Positions 12,754 to 27,406 of a stretch of 64,000 nucleotides of DNA are shown one piece after another. Location: NCBI GenBank assembly GCA_000165425.1, contig CT868074.1:310001-374000 (forward strand), read 5' to 3'. The notes beneath the pieces were generated by a model, which was given only the letters and a program-made list of their open reading frames with translations, had not been told where the DNA came from and made no database searches. The position numbers and the translations under genes were made by a program. Every line of letters begins with the position of its first letter. Position 1 is the stretch's first letter. The stretch comes from Paramecium tetraurelia. Its lineage: Eukaryota.

Positions 12754-15119
12754 TCATATTTATATTAATTGTTTTATTAATTCATCTAATAGAATCACAA
12801 TAAACTATTATTCAATTTAAAACAATTACATTGCATCAAATTATAAAATTGTTTATAAGAACTATTAATTAAAATATCATTATTCCTAAAACCTAAGGGA
12901 AACGATCTCCGTTGGGTGTATTCTGACTGTACCTTTAGAACTCTTAATAATATAACTATCAATACATATTCTTATTTTAATTCCCTATACAATTTTAATT
13001 GAAGTTGTGCATAGAACTTCTCTTATCTTGAATATCTGTAAAATTATTAGATTTCTTCCTAATTTTATTCAAACTGATGGTTCATAATTGGATTATGTCT
13101 TGAATAATTTTCATAGTATTTGAGTGATTCTTAAAGTAACTTTTCATCATAATTTCTATGGATTCTTTTTTTAATAATACATTCTTTTTTTGTTATAATT
13201 ACATAAGTTAGGAACATATATTATAAAGCATATATGTAGTTGGTAGCACTTTTATAATCAAATTGCCAAAATGCTATGTGAAAAATCTATTTTGAAAGTA
13301 ATTCAAATAATAAAAATGCTAATAAATTGTATCTTGAGATGTGAAATTTAACTGAAGCTTTAGAGCTTACTCCATTCCTTACGAAATTATATTTCTCCAT
13401 CCAATAGATAACAATGAGAGCGATGATGGTGATAAAATAGCAGATTGGATAAATATACCCATAATAACAACATATAGAAACCAGTTAAGTTATTGATAGT
13501 CTCTTTTTCTAATAATCAAGTTGACGTTCATATAATTAATCTGCCTCTATTTAAGTTAAATCTGAATCCTTATTAATTCTTCTAAACCAGTATCTTTTTA
13601 TTAATTACAATGCATAAGTCTCATCTATTATGCTGAAGATGATTGGAAAGATTGCATTTAATAATTAGATGAATAATAAATCTTCACTTAATCCTCCTGC
13701 TCTCCAAAGTTTTTGTTGCCGAGTTCCACTTCCTGAATACACTCCAACAAAGATTGGAGGAATTAAATAAAAATATTAAATTACAATTGTTTCATAAAAC
13801 AGTACAAAGACTCTCCTCTTCTGTCGATTAGAATTAAAGTCTTTTAAATTAAAGAATTATTGTATTGACTTTTCACAAAATTTAGTTAAAAGGTATAATA
13901 GCAAAGAAACAGTAAAACTTAGTAAGGTGTTTTGATATGATGTATTACCATTTTCTGCAAGATAATTTTATTTTGCCACTTAAATTCCGATTATAGGAAG
14001 CCAACCAAAACATATGAACAATAATTTTATATATTCTAAATTTGAAAATGTGGATTCATTATGCCAAATTACATCTGATGGTCTAGGAGGAGATTCAAAT
14101 TTGAATGTATTAGGTATAAAGACCCATCTAAAATATCTTACAAATTTTATTAAATCAGCCTATTTTAATGTAAAAGTAAATAAGTACTTGATTAGAAAAT
14201 GTAATAAATGCTGAACCGTCAAACTTTAATAATTTTTGATCTAAAATAACACTTTGAATGTTAACTGTTTTGCATATTACCTCTTTTAGGGATCTATTTC
14301 TAATTAGAAATATACGTGCTTTAATTTTATATTGTGAATTATTATCTGATCTTATCTTTTAATTAATATTCTAATTAGTATTGATCATATATCAAACATA
14401 TATCCAAAATATTATATGTTATTGGTTTTTTTTCCCACATTCCTTTACTAAAAAACTCTTGAATCTTTTCCCTATTCCAATTGATTGGTATTTGGGACAC
14501 TTTAACCGAACAATACTTTATGACTTTCTCTAAATCTTATTCATTATCCACATTTAGACAATGGTTTTTATAATAAGTAATGTATCCAATAAAACAAATT
14601 TAAACTAATACTGCTATAAAATACAAGACATCTAGATAGATATCTTGAAACCTGATAAATCTTATATAATTATATACTCATCACCATCCATTCTATTTAG
14701 AAGAGAAAAATAATTATTTAAATTCTTCTTGCAATCTTGATGTTGCTAACATTAATCTCCTTTGATATTCTCTTGAACATTATATATTCCAAAAATAAGG
14801 CTATTTATAAGTAATATCATACAATCCTAGGACCAATAATATAAAGTTTAATTTGATATAGTTAAAATATTTGTATGAATAGCCATGTTGATTAAATACT
14901 TTTAAGCTGCATGTAACTGAGTATGGAACAGTTTGGATTGGATTATTGCAACAAACACATCTTTCAGTGTCTTAAACAATGCTTTGATAAATTGTTTATG
15001 ATTTCTTATCATTATAACACTTATTAAAATACCCCATGCTTTTAGGCTTGTTCGAAATCTGCAGGAGATTTCAAATTGTAATTTTGAGATTTTAGACATT
15101 CATCTAACTGACCTTCCAT
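12754..15119 (-). CDS. OSCA/TMEM63 (CSC1)-like multipass cation channel
   Basis: Many hydrophobic segments; ESPPRPSDVIWHN resembles the family APxPxDIxWxNL motif; C-terminal YGYIYPICYFITIIALIVIYWMEKYNF. The start could be an in-frame ATG further upstream at 15263. Confidence 0.65.
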
Positions 15120-16357
15120 AAAGATTCCCAATAATAAATTGATTTTAAATGTATTTTAATTTCTTTAGGTGGTATTAATTTAAATATGATTAAATCCGAC
15201 AGTTTTCTTAAGATGATATTATGTAACATTTGAAAAAAATGCAATATAAAAACAGGTTTTCATATTTTCTAATTTTTCAATAAACTATATAACTTTATTA
15301 CATCTTTAATTATGATTATTTATTTCTGGTTGCTAAATATATTTAACATATATTTAGAGTAATTCTGAATTCTTATATATTAAAATTTTACTAATTTAAT
15401 TCAAATAAGATAACTTTTCATTAGTATATCAATCAGAAAATAATAAATTTAGTGTATTAGGCTTATTAGTATTCAACAAAAACATATTTTATTTCAGGTT
15501 GGGATTTAAAATTAAACTTGAACTTATTTATGAATTTTCACATTTCCAATTTTAGAGTTTCAAAGTTTCTCATATAGATTAGCAGTTCCAGCAGAATGGA
15601 ATTTTGTTTATAAAATTTGTGGTTAAATTGATGAAAATCCCGATTAATATATTATTTATTTAAAAAGTAAAAATACTTAATTTTATTGATTATAAAAAAT
15701 CTAATAGTAGTCGATTCAAAATACGTAAAGAATTTGTAAAACATTTATACTAGTTCAATTTAAGAGTGTAAATCCAGTATAGAATTAATAGAGGTTTGGA
15801 AGTATAGGTTCTTAGTATATGTTTAAATGAAAAATCTAAGGAATCTATAAGTACATCTTAAAAGCAATATTAGATCAATTTTATTGATGATAATGATAAT
15901 AATACAAGAAATAACACAAGCATTCTGTAATTATTGAATGTGATATGAGAGTTTAGGTAGGTACATGAGATGATGATTCAAGAAGTTCATGATACTAAAA
16001 TACTTTCGTTGTTTCAAAATAGAAGTAAGATCCTAATTTGTAAATTTGAGCTTATTGAATTCAATTCATTTACAGAGTATAAAACTTAAAATTAAACTCT
16101 TAATTAATAAAATGAACACTTTTATTAATAAATAAATTCCATAATAAATATTAGTTTCTTAAAAAGATTGTTTTGATATTCAAAGCAATACTTAATATTA
16201 AGTATTATTTCACACATTCATAATAATGATGCTCAATTTATACATTGATTTATATTCAATCATATAATAAAATTTTACGAAGTACATTTATCTTTGAGTC
16301 CACCTTATGAATTTGTTTAAATGTTACAAATGAATTATTGATAAATATATTATTGAA

Positions 16358-17860
16358 ATGAAAATTAAAAGAGATTGCTGCATTAACACAAATATTTGGA
16401 AAATTTGTGATTGGAGATTACGATCATAAATATTTATGGTATAGATTTGCTTTTTAATTTTGATTACTACGATAGTAGGGTGTAGCATATTGGCCATATA
16501 ATATAAAATTATTTATGCTATAGCAAATGATTCAATTGATGTTTTACAACAAAAGATCATGAGTCGACAATCTTCAATTTATTAATCATTGTTTATAGAA
16601 CAGTTAAAAAATGGGTTCTTCTCAGGAGAGTAGTCTATTAATTCGATAAATGATTTATACTAATATGCTGTTGAATTGGATGTAAGTTTTTAAGAAAATT
16701 TGGATGATTGTTCTGTTTTTGATGAAAATGGGTCTGAGACTTTGTAATAAATTGGAAACTCCTTTTGTTTTTGTTTTGGAGAACCAATTTAATCTGCACA
16801 GTAGGAATAATATCATGATAAATTAGTTTTATCTAATTTTCTTAGTTAAACTGCTTCGATGCAAAGATCCCATTATCAACTGTATTATGCAGCAACAAGT
16901 GACGATTAATTCTACTCAATTGACCCTTGTCAACCTATACCAAAAGAGTGGATACCAAAAGAGCGACCATGGTATACATCTCATAACCAATCCTCACGAA
17001 GCCTTTAAATAACTGATATGTATTTGGAAATAGATATTGGAGTTTGCTTTACCTAAACGAAGAGTCTCTTCAATAAGGAGAATCATCCAATTGCAATAAT
17101 GGCAAATGACTTGACGATGAATTAGTTCACACAATATGATCAAATACTTCCTGTTAAGTTCATGCTAATCGATTTGACAGGACAGATTCTATTGAATCAC
17201 ATTTATTTGGAGGAGTAAAAGGAGATATATTATTTTTAAAATGTATCTAAAACAGGTTTCAATGAGAGTGACTTTGAAAACCTTTTGCATTTTCTGAATG
17301 GAGAGATCTATGAAGATTAATGTCCAATAAGTATTGATAATACATTTTGTTTGTTTAATAAATAGGAATAAAAAATAAAATTTATAAGTTTATTTAGCTT
17401 AACAAAATTGAGTTATGTGTTAATTTCAGAATTTGACCCAGATTTATATATAGAAGACATCAACATTTTGGTGCTTGAAATAGAGAATAAGAAGAGATTA
17501 TCACTTGTTATATTTTTTGGTGTGATTGGATTTTCAATTTCATTATTTTTTGTATCCTTTTTGATTAATACTTTAATACTACAGCAGCCTTTATAAAATT
17601 TACTTTATCACACAAATTTACTTCAAAAAAATACTAAAAGCATAAAGCAGAAGAAGATAAACTTCTCAGATTCAAACACTATTGGGAGACTGAATCTGGC
17701 ATTTTAGAGTTTATTGAATCAATAAAATCAAGGGAGACAAGAGAACAAGGAATTAGTAAGATTAAGATTTGAGATGATTTCTGAATATCAGAAAAAGTAA
17801 AAAGAGTTTGATTAACTGAATCTGAGAAATATTATTACTAGATCTAATTTATTGGTATGA
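16358..17860 (+). CDS. Cache-domain two-TM membrane protein (500 aa, intronless)
   Basis: TM1 (IFMVQICFLILITTIVGCSILAI), extracellular region with WIPKERPWY, ITDMYLE, IAIMANDLT and FMLIDLTGQIL, TM2 (LSLVIFFGVIGFSISLFFVSFLI), short tail. Confidence 0.75.
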
Positions 17861-18038
17861 TAATATAAATGATTTAAGGACTTAGAACTTTCATAACAAT
17901 TAAAAAGCAATCCAGATCAAAAGGTGATCAAATAACTAATTTAAGTGAAGAAAATCACATTGTCAACTTTCTAAGAAATCAATTCAAGCTGAAAATTACT
18001 AATTTAATTTAATTGTTTTGTGTTTTTAATGTATAACA

Positions 18039-19333
18039 TCACAATTTTGGTTATTCCTTTTCTAATTTTTCAAGGATGTCAGGATTAGATGTTTGATCCT
18101 TCCTGGGTCTTCCTGATTTTGTATTGTATTTCTTATAGAGAGCAACAATGCAAGCCCCTCCCAAGCCAATGTTATGTTATAAAGCATATTACAATCCAGG
18201 AACCTATCTTTCCTCAGCCATTCCTCTTAATTGCCAGCATAACTCTGCACATTAAGCTAACCCAGTTGCACCTAGTGGATGTCCTTTCGATATCAGTCCC
18301 CCAGAAGGCTTAAACAATTAGATTACATATTTACATTCACAACTACACGTCCACCATAAGTGTTGTATCCTTTATCTATAAAATCTCCAGCCTTCCCTTC
18401 CTCACATAGACCTAAGGCTTCATATGTAATCAACTCATTTGCAGAGAAACAATCATGCAATTCACAAACTCCAACCTAAGATGGCTTAACTCCAGTTTAT
18501 TGATAGATTTGTTGGGCAGCTCTTTTGCTCATTTCATATCCAGCCAAATTCATCAAACTTTAATCAGTGAATGTCTTTTCACTATCTGTAGTCATAGTAA
18601 TTCCTAAGATTTATACAGCTTAATCTTGTAAATTATGTTGAAGCACGAACTTTTCGGTACAAACAATAGCTGCAGCTGCTCCATCAGATGTTGGACAACA
18701 TTGAAGTTTAGTTAAGGGACCATGTATCTTCGGTGATGTAATGATTTCTTAGAGAGTGTATTTGTCTCTGAATTAACTATATGGGTTTCGAGTTGAATGA
18801 AGATGGTTTTTATAAGCAATCAGGGCAAAATGTTCTGGTTTTGTACCATATTTTTTCATGTGTTCAATTCCTGCATTTCCAAAGATTTAGGGTGCAAACG
18901 GGGCTGAGCTTTGTTCTCCCACTTCCATTGTCTTCAGAACTATCTTATCGAGTGGTTAAGTTCTATCTGGGAATTTCATATTCAATGATCCTTTCTCCAT
19001 CTTTTCAAATCCAAGTGCCAATGCACAATCATAAAGTCCGCCCTTTAGTAGTTAAGACACCATATGTAAGGCACTGGACCCTGTTGAACAATTGTTATTG
19101 ACATTGTATACGGGAATTCCACTCATTCCCACTTCATATAATGCTCTCTGTCCACATGTTGAGTCGCCATATACGTAGCCTATTGAAGCTACTTAGACGG
19201 AGGAGTAAGGAATATTGGCATCTCTTAGAGCTCTTCTAGTAGCTTAGGCTGCCATTTCTGGATAATCAGGGTTTCCATCTCGACCAGGTTTTATAAACTT
19301 CGTCATTCCAACACCAACTACGTAAACATTCAT
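18039..19333 (-). CDS. SCP-x type thiolase (sterol carrier protein 2 thiolase domain), peroxisomal
   Basis: [74 protein letters not shown]-terminal -PKL is a PTS1-like signal. Confidence 0.95.
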
Positions 19334-19503
19334 TGATTTTAATATTAAATATAAATAATTGTTAAAAGACTCGAATTTTTAAGTTACTATCCTGCTGTAT
19401 AATAGGAGATTACATATTAATTTGTCATTTCCTTATTAAACAGGTAGATTTACATTGAAAACATATATACCATTTTAATTAATAGATTCAATATTAATTA
19501 TTC

Positions 19504-22500
19504 TCACAATTTATTATTTCTTCTAATAAATTTACTAAAATTTTGTTATATTCTCTATTCTCTACATTTTAAGCATTCAATCCCAATTTTAATAATTAAA
19601 TAAGCCATTTGCTAACTATCTTCCATTGTAAATTGGCCTTCAAGATAGGAAATACACTTTCCATAAATAAAATTTAAGACATGCTTATTATAGTTTAGGA
19701 TTCAGAATATCTTCGTTGTTCTAAACTGCCATTCAAAGTTTCAGGTTTATGTACAGGTTACTAAAATCCATTGTAAGCATCACTGAATCTTTGAATTAAC
19801 TGTTCAATAAATTCTAGGGGATTGGCTGTTAGTTGAATTATAACTGTTGCTGAAATAAATTCTTGATTGATAAAACTCAATTGTTTAGTAGCATTCTAAT
19901 TATCAGATAGATCATCGAAATCTTCTGGCCCATTGTTTACTTTATTCCATTACATAGCCCACTATTCTAAAAAATATCGCATGTATAAATGAGTGTTAAA
20001 TATCTTGCATTTTTAATATTACTCACTGAAAATTGCTAAAATTTATAGTCGATGTTATTCAGATATTTATTTATTAAATTGAATAGCCTACACCTCTAGA
20101 ATCTCCAAACATTTCTATTGTATGGATTATTTTGAAGTGCATTCATAAGCATTAATCTTAAAACTAAACTTTTTTGGTCGTATTTCCTCCTTCAAAAGTT
20201 CATTCAAAGGCTTCTGAAAATCCTCATCCAAGTTATAAGCCTCAAATAATTCATTAGGAGAGCATTACTACAAAAGATGTTATATTTATTGAATCACAAC
20301 AGTCCAGTTTTCTTCTGTAAATGATTACCCGCCTTGTTTAACTATAGTTTTAAGTGAGTCTAGGCATAAAGTTGAAAGAAACTAAAATAAAAATTAAATG
20401 TATTACATCTTAAGTTTACAACACCAGCTAAATGTATATATCAATTAAATCATTTAAGCATGGTTGCATTTGTTAGATATAGAGAACCACTAGATCTGTG
20501 AATAGATAAAAGGTCATCTTACAATTTTGGATTACCTATTACTTACTCTGTGACTACTTTGCAAATTGCAATTTAGAGATCTAAATCTCATCAAATAATG
20601 GTCTTATCACTCCTCTCAAAATTATCTTCCAAAATTCATTAGATTATTATTCCCCATGCACTTTTAATAATTCAAATAAGGTGTTGACACTTTATTGTTG
20701 TACAACTCCTCTTTCATCACTATATAAAACTGATAGAGCTGACAAGACAGGAATCCATAACTAATCTAAATATTTGTTGTCATCTCTTTTGATCTAAACT
20801 ATATGATCAACCAAAATTTTCAATTATTTTATTGAATTAGAAACTATGTTGACATCCTTATTCTTGGTCAATTTAATTAAAGCTTAAGTAAGCTCCATGT
20901 ATATTTCAGAATAGACTTGTTGATTACTCACATCTTCCATTATTTTGTCGGTTATCTAAACACATAATCTAACCAATTACTACTAGTCATCCTACAGAGC
21001 TTGGTTGACAATACTCATAATGATCTTCCATCCACTTTTAATTGAGTTGAAACAAATATTTGTAATCATACACATGCAAGATAATAAGAATTCCCTCAAT
21101 TATATCTTATTTTACTATTAAGCTTGAGTGTGACTGAATATTTGTTCAAATGGCAGTAGGAATTCCTTCTGAAAATAATAATTTGTCAATTCAGGTTACT
21201 ACAAGAATTTGCAACTTAATTATTTTAGTTAATCAATAGCATAGATTGCAACATCTACATTCTTGAGACATCCAACTTCAAGGAAGTGTTCCCTCATTAT
21301 TTCCCACATTCTAGACCAAATAATTTTAATTCTATTCATATTAAATTCAGCAACGTCAATCACTCTACTCAATAAGAATAGTCTATTGTATTTAATCTCC
21401 TCCTTCGACAACTCACATAAGGCCCTTATAAATTCCAAAATAGAGTTGGAATCCAGATTGATTGAACTATTAAATATTTTATCAATCTGATCGTATTGTA
21501 TTTATTAAAACAATCTCTCAATACTAATGATGTCTTCTTAATTATAATTCTCTTTGTAGGGTGAGTCTACTTTGATTTTCTTAACTACCTGATGTAATTA
21601 TTCCAATCTTGATATTAATTGCAAAGCTACCTTCCAACTTTTACGCAAATATTACCCAGATTATAGAATAACCTTAATCAAAGTTTGTACTCCCAATATT
21701 TATTTATAATTGCTCGGTATATTTGTACAATATCTATATAGAAAACTGATAAATGTATCCTTCTCTTCATCTAAATCGAATCTGCCCATCAATTAAATAA
21801 ATGCTTGAATTGTTTCAAAACACAATAGTATCTATTATTAATCTTCACTCTATTCCAGAAATACACTTATTGATGCAAATATCACACTCCAGGTTTATTG
21901 TAATAAAGACTTCATATGTTCTATCGAATTGACATAACAGAATGCATCTGAATTTGGATGTTCTTTAAACCACTTTTTTAGTGAATCTTCTGCCTCTTTA
22001 GCCAACATCGCATGTCTCTTTCTTTAATCAACTTAATTTGCTTATTCCAATGCTCGTCTAGCCTATTCTTTTGCATGCAAAGCCAAAGGTGTTTTTTAAA
22101 TTCTTAAATAGAATCCTTACAACATTTCTTAAGGAAGATTTTCTCCATCATTGATTCCCTTAGCCAAATTGGTGAACTAAGCTAGAGTCATTTTATCTAA
22201 GTTTTTCTCATTGTGTAAATCAGTTTGTAACATCATCAGCAAGTATGATAGTGTATATGCAGCTGATGCTGATTAATAAATTCCAGGGTTGTCGATGCAA
22301 AACTTTGATGCAAATTTTTCCATTATCCTATCTATTTGTTAGGATTCTCCTGGCAAAGTAAAGAATTCTAACATATATCTCAATCCCTCGTCTACTTACA
22401 ATCCTTTGAAATTCATGAAATCTACATACAATGAAAATACTTTCTAATCGAATTCGTTGGAACCACCAAACAATTCTCCTAATTTATCTTTATTTAAATC

Positions 22501-24433
22501 TCTATTTTCCCAAAGAAATTAAGCAAATAACTTGGGATCTCTATTCTCCATATATTAAACAGCAATTAAATGCTTTACACAATGCTCAGGTTTAAAATTA
22601 AATTTCTAAACAGCCTTATTCATTTCTAATTTCATCTGTTTCTATTTCTCAAGTGGATCCTATGACAATTACTGTTACTATATAATAGCATCTTCCTATT
22701 CATCAAAAGATTAGATTTAAACTACAGTCTGAGAATCTTCGTATTACTCACAATATTCCTTTAAACTTCTAACATATCCACAATAATTATCCAAGCATAA
22801 AGATTTTAGATATATCTCTTGATTCTAAGATATCGAAGCCTAAAATTCTTATTTGCTATATCTTCCTTAAATAATCCGACACTGCATATCTAGGATTTTC
22901 TTAAGTAAATTATTCTATCCAACTGAGCAATCATAATTTACAAATATTTCAATTACAACTTTTGGACGAGTAAGAATTTTATTGAAAACCTTCAAAGTGT
23001 ATTGCTTATGATCAAAGGAACTGTTGCTGCTCTCTAGAAATTTAAAATACACATTTTCTATCAGAGCTTCCAATTCCTTTTTGAGATGACTTCTTACTCT
23101 CCAGATCAATTAAATGAAAATATTTAATGTCAATATCAATAATTGTTTCTCAGCTGAAAGAGAATTCTTAAGCAATGATTCTAACAACTATTCTTTCAAT
23201 ATTGATATTAATTTAGGTTTATGTTACAATATAGTTGTGTCACTTTGAGCCAAAGCCTCATAGATTAATTCCAAGGAGAGAACCTTACACTTGATAATCA
23301 TTTAGGCTAATTAAGGATTCTAAGGATCTCTCTAACTCAATTAACAAAGCATTTCTAAAATTTCATATGCATCCTTTACATACTATTCACTAAAAGTAGA
23401 ATGTGAATGAGATTAAGAGAAGTTAAACATCTGATTTAAATGAATAAATTTGCATTCCTTACTACAGATTGGTACCTTCGTATCTTTACAATATTACGAT
23501 GCTTATCTTCTACAAACAGTACACCAACCAAACTTACCATTTTTGATATTCAATTCATTGATAATGTTAATTTATATTTAATTGTTATCCATGGTTACAT
23601 TTCGTAAACTAGGTTCATGTAAAGTGATATCAATCACCTTTGATTTATTTGAATCTTCTAATTGCTTCTCATAAATTTAGCATCTTTCATAATAAATTTA
23701 AACCTCATCAACCATAGATGTCATTAATGATTTCATATACTATTCTGCATTAACTAAAGCTTTGCATTTTCCCAAAACTAATTATCCAGAATTACCTTAT
23801 TATTAAATGGCTAATTGATATTCATCTTCAGCAAGTATGCCATAATCTTCAAGTCTTGCAAAATAAGTACTAACGATCTTTTGGCAGGCCTCCTTGCTAG
23901 CATTTATTATTGCAACAATCTTAGATACTAATTAATCTAATCATAACAATTACCTGAATGCAGATTTATTAAAAGTGAAAATACTCTGGTCACAGACTCA
24001 CCATAAATGTGATGCTTCTTATTAGTCATTATCGCTTAAATTGCTTTTATCATGTGTATTTAAACTGTCTCCTCCTTCTCCAATTGAGTTTACATCACCA
24101 AGTCCAAGGCTATCTCAATTGCTCTCTTTTCTCCTATGATTTGCTCTCCTGCCAGATAACCCTAATCTACAATATTCTAAAATATTATAGAGATTTACTT
24201 TGATATCAAATAAAGCCAACTCTATCAATTTAGCTTATTTCGATTCAATACACTATTAATACACCTTGAGCAAGTGATTTGCATCATAGAAATCCTTGAT
24301 CTCTTTCTAAATTGTAAATATAATTACATAGAGTTTCATCTATAAGCTATTTCAATTCAAACTATTTTTTTGTGATGCCCTTTTTGATCTTGTCTAATGA
24401 CTGATTGATCAAATCACTTAAACTTAATGACAT
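19504..24433 (-). CDS. BIG/Sec7-family large ARF guanine-nucleotide exchange factor
   Basis: HUS region (IFVNYDC), Sec7 domain (FTLPGESQQIDRIMEKF, AYTLSYLLMMLQTDLHN), HDS region (FIRALCELSKEE, VAEFNMNRIKIIWSRMW). A few short introns. Confidence 0.95.
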
Positions 24434-24528
24434 TATATAAATAAAATTTATAATTTTATATTATTAATTACTCCCTCATGATGATTTCGATTGAATTTTT
24501 TACAATAAGATTTATAATGTAATGATTA

Positions 24529-26157
24529 TCAAAAATTATTAAACTATGTGTTCTGTTTATCACTAAAATTATCCATTTCATATCCAGAAAATTAAGCTAT
24601 TTTAGACTCAAAGATATACATTATATCGAATTTCTCCTTAGCATTATTGAATGCTATTGAATAAGCTCATTGTTTTCATCATCCTCAATCGAAATTTATC
24701 TAGCATCAAAATTATCCTCATTTTACTAAATTATTTTAAGCATAATACATTGGGGATATAAGGAGATTTCAATTCCTTATTCATTAATTTCTACCATGGA
24801 AAATTCTTAAACCAGGAGTGTTGTCTCAGTTCATGAGGACCATTAAATCCTAATCGATTTGCAGGCTTTCGTTATATTAGCTATTAAATGTATCATGAAT
24901 TATACTCTATTTATAAAATCTGCAGATTCTAATGACCAATTATCAGGAATCTCAGATCTTTTTATTTGGACCTATTTGGCCAGAATCTAATCTCTAATTT
25001 CCTTTCGTGATCTTCCAGTGTAAGGTCTCTAAGTTTGATAATGACATAATAATTACTCTTCCTAACATAAACTCATAACCAATGACTCCCAAAGCAAAGT
25101 AATCTACAGCAAAAGAATGGTTCTATCTACACATGACTTCAGGTGCTAACGAATTCAACTAAAAATATACCCATGTATCCTGGAGTTCCTGAAGTGTCTT
25201 ATGAATTATCAGGCCTTAAAATTCTGGCTATCCCAAGATCAGTTATTCTAATATAACCTAAATGATATTTTGATGTATTACCATTTTTATCAAGCACCAA
25301 GTTTTCAGGCTTGATATCCCTATGAAGACTATTCTTAGAATGCATGTATTCTAATCCTAAAAATATGCAAGCCATAAAAAATCCTACGCATTCAAATAGA
25401 TTCTTACTTGTTTGATCCTCCGAGAATCTTCTCATTTTTCCAATATGATATCTCAGATCTCCCCCCTGCATATAATCCAACACCAAGAAAAGGTTTTCCC
25501 GGTCTTAAAATGCATAATATATATTAACTAAAAATCTATATTTGATTAAATAATTACGGATGCTTTAGATTACTTAGAATGTTTCTTTCATTCATAACTG
25601 AATTAACACTTTTTTTCGCTATAATCCTACAATATAAACACATAACATACAAAGCTTTTGACATTTCCTTCATCGCATAGATCTAACCAGTCTTCTTATA
25701 CTCCACCTTCCAAACCTTGCCAAATCCACCAATCCCAATTACAAATTAAAAATTAAACATGTTCTTTTATACTAAAGGCTCATTAATATCTAAATATAAA
25801 CAATAGAGCTTAACTTTCTTTTTCTTCATCTTGTATTATTTAGGATTTATCCTTAAGAATCAAGTAGTTAAGAAAACCAATTTATTTTGGTTACTATTAT
25901 TTTGAAATCGAAGACTTCTTCGAATGATTTGCTGATGATTATTAGCTAGATGGTACTGCAAATTTTTGCAAACCATGTACCATTGGAGCAGGTGATCTAT
26001 CACAATTCTATTCATTTGAGCGGCTTTTGATTTACATACTTCATTACTTATTCAACACATTAATCACTTATTAGCCTTAAGGTAATTATGATCTAGCTAT
26101 ATTCATTTATCCAGAATCTTGCCTTGAATGAGGAAATCGGTAATTTAAACTTTTCAT
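24529..26157 (-). CDS. AGC-group Ser/Thr kinase
   Basis: IGIGGFGKVWKV, YAMKEMSK, GGDLRYH, HRDIKPEN, DLGIAR, TSGTPGYM|APE, NRLGFNG, PWQK; many short introns. Confidence 0.93.
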
Positions 26158-26778
26158 AACAGTAATAATATAATATAAATTTATTAGAATAATTAATTCC
26201 AAATAACATATATAAAAAACTCAACAAAATATTAAGCCAAACTTTATAGTTACTTCACTTTTTGATACATTCACTCATTTCTCATAACTGCAAAACATCA
26301 AAGTAAATTAACAAATAATAAAAAGCTCATTAAAATATTTTATTAAATTATTGAGATAGATTTCTAAATTCAAACAATTAAATTCATTAGATTTAAAATT
26401 AAATTATTGTACTTATTCAATTTTAAGATATAATTCAATAACAAGTAACTATTAGAATTTTTCTTATGTACATAATAATTAAAAAATTATCAAATATTCT
26501 TGAAATCACAATTTTCTTAATTATAAAGTAAATATTTCATTAAAAAATAGTAATAATAATTCTATCTCAATGGTTTATCTAAATTATCTTTTAACTTCTC
26601 TCTAATTAACAATTATAAACCTTAATAGTTTGGTTCAAAACTTATGAAAATATGATTTTTAAGACAATTAATAGTATATTTAAAAACTAGAATATTACCT
26701 ATGATCTTCTGCTTTAAAATTTGTTATCTTTTTAATTATATTAGGTATTATGTATTTTATTTAATAATCAATGCATCT

Positions 26779-27228
26779 TCAACTATATTTGTCAAAATGT
26801 CCTCTGTAGTTAAAGAAATCAAATTATAAGGCTTCTTTCTATTTATCAGTTGAAAGCTAGTTTGATTGATTATTTTAATTACAGATAAGAAATCTTAATA
26901 TTTTTCTTAATCCATTTAACAATCAACAAATTACTGTGCTTCCTTTTTACAATTAAAGATATTGCCATCTGCCTTAAAAACACATTCCCTTACATCATTA
27001 AATGGTGCCAAGCATAGAGGATGCATCCTTTCGCTAATTTTATTTTACCAATTTTTACGCCTCTTTGTAACATCCCACCAATTCTTTCGCCTTTTCTTTA
27101 CACAACCTTGGATCTTTTGGAATAGGTGATGTGGTTTGTCTGCAATCTTCATATTTATGTACTTCTGATCTGCATTTATGGAAAGCAAACTATGAGTGAA
27201 TCAATACTTCAAAAGACTTTGTATTCAT
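26779..27228 (-). CDS. NDUFA8: Mitochondrial complex I subunit NDUFA8 (four CX9C motifs)
   Basis: MNTKSFEVLIHSQFAFHKCRSEVHKYEDC...CKEKARELVGC...CLAPFNDVREC...CKKEAQQFVDC has four exact CX9C motifs, the NDUFA8 hallmark. Two introns. Confidence 0.8.
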
Positions 27229-27406
27229 ATTTTTTACAATAAAATAAATATTTGGTTTTTAATATATTGAATAATTGATGTAAATTTAGCCAATAATGGC
27301 AATCAATATTATTATAAAAATGTAAACTGAAAATTAAAAGAACAAGAAATATTATATGAATGCTTGATTTCAATAAATATCATATTATTAAGATAAACTC
27401 ACTTCC

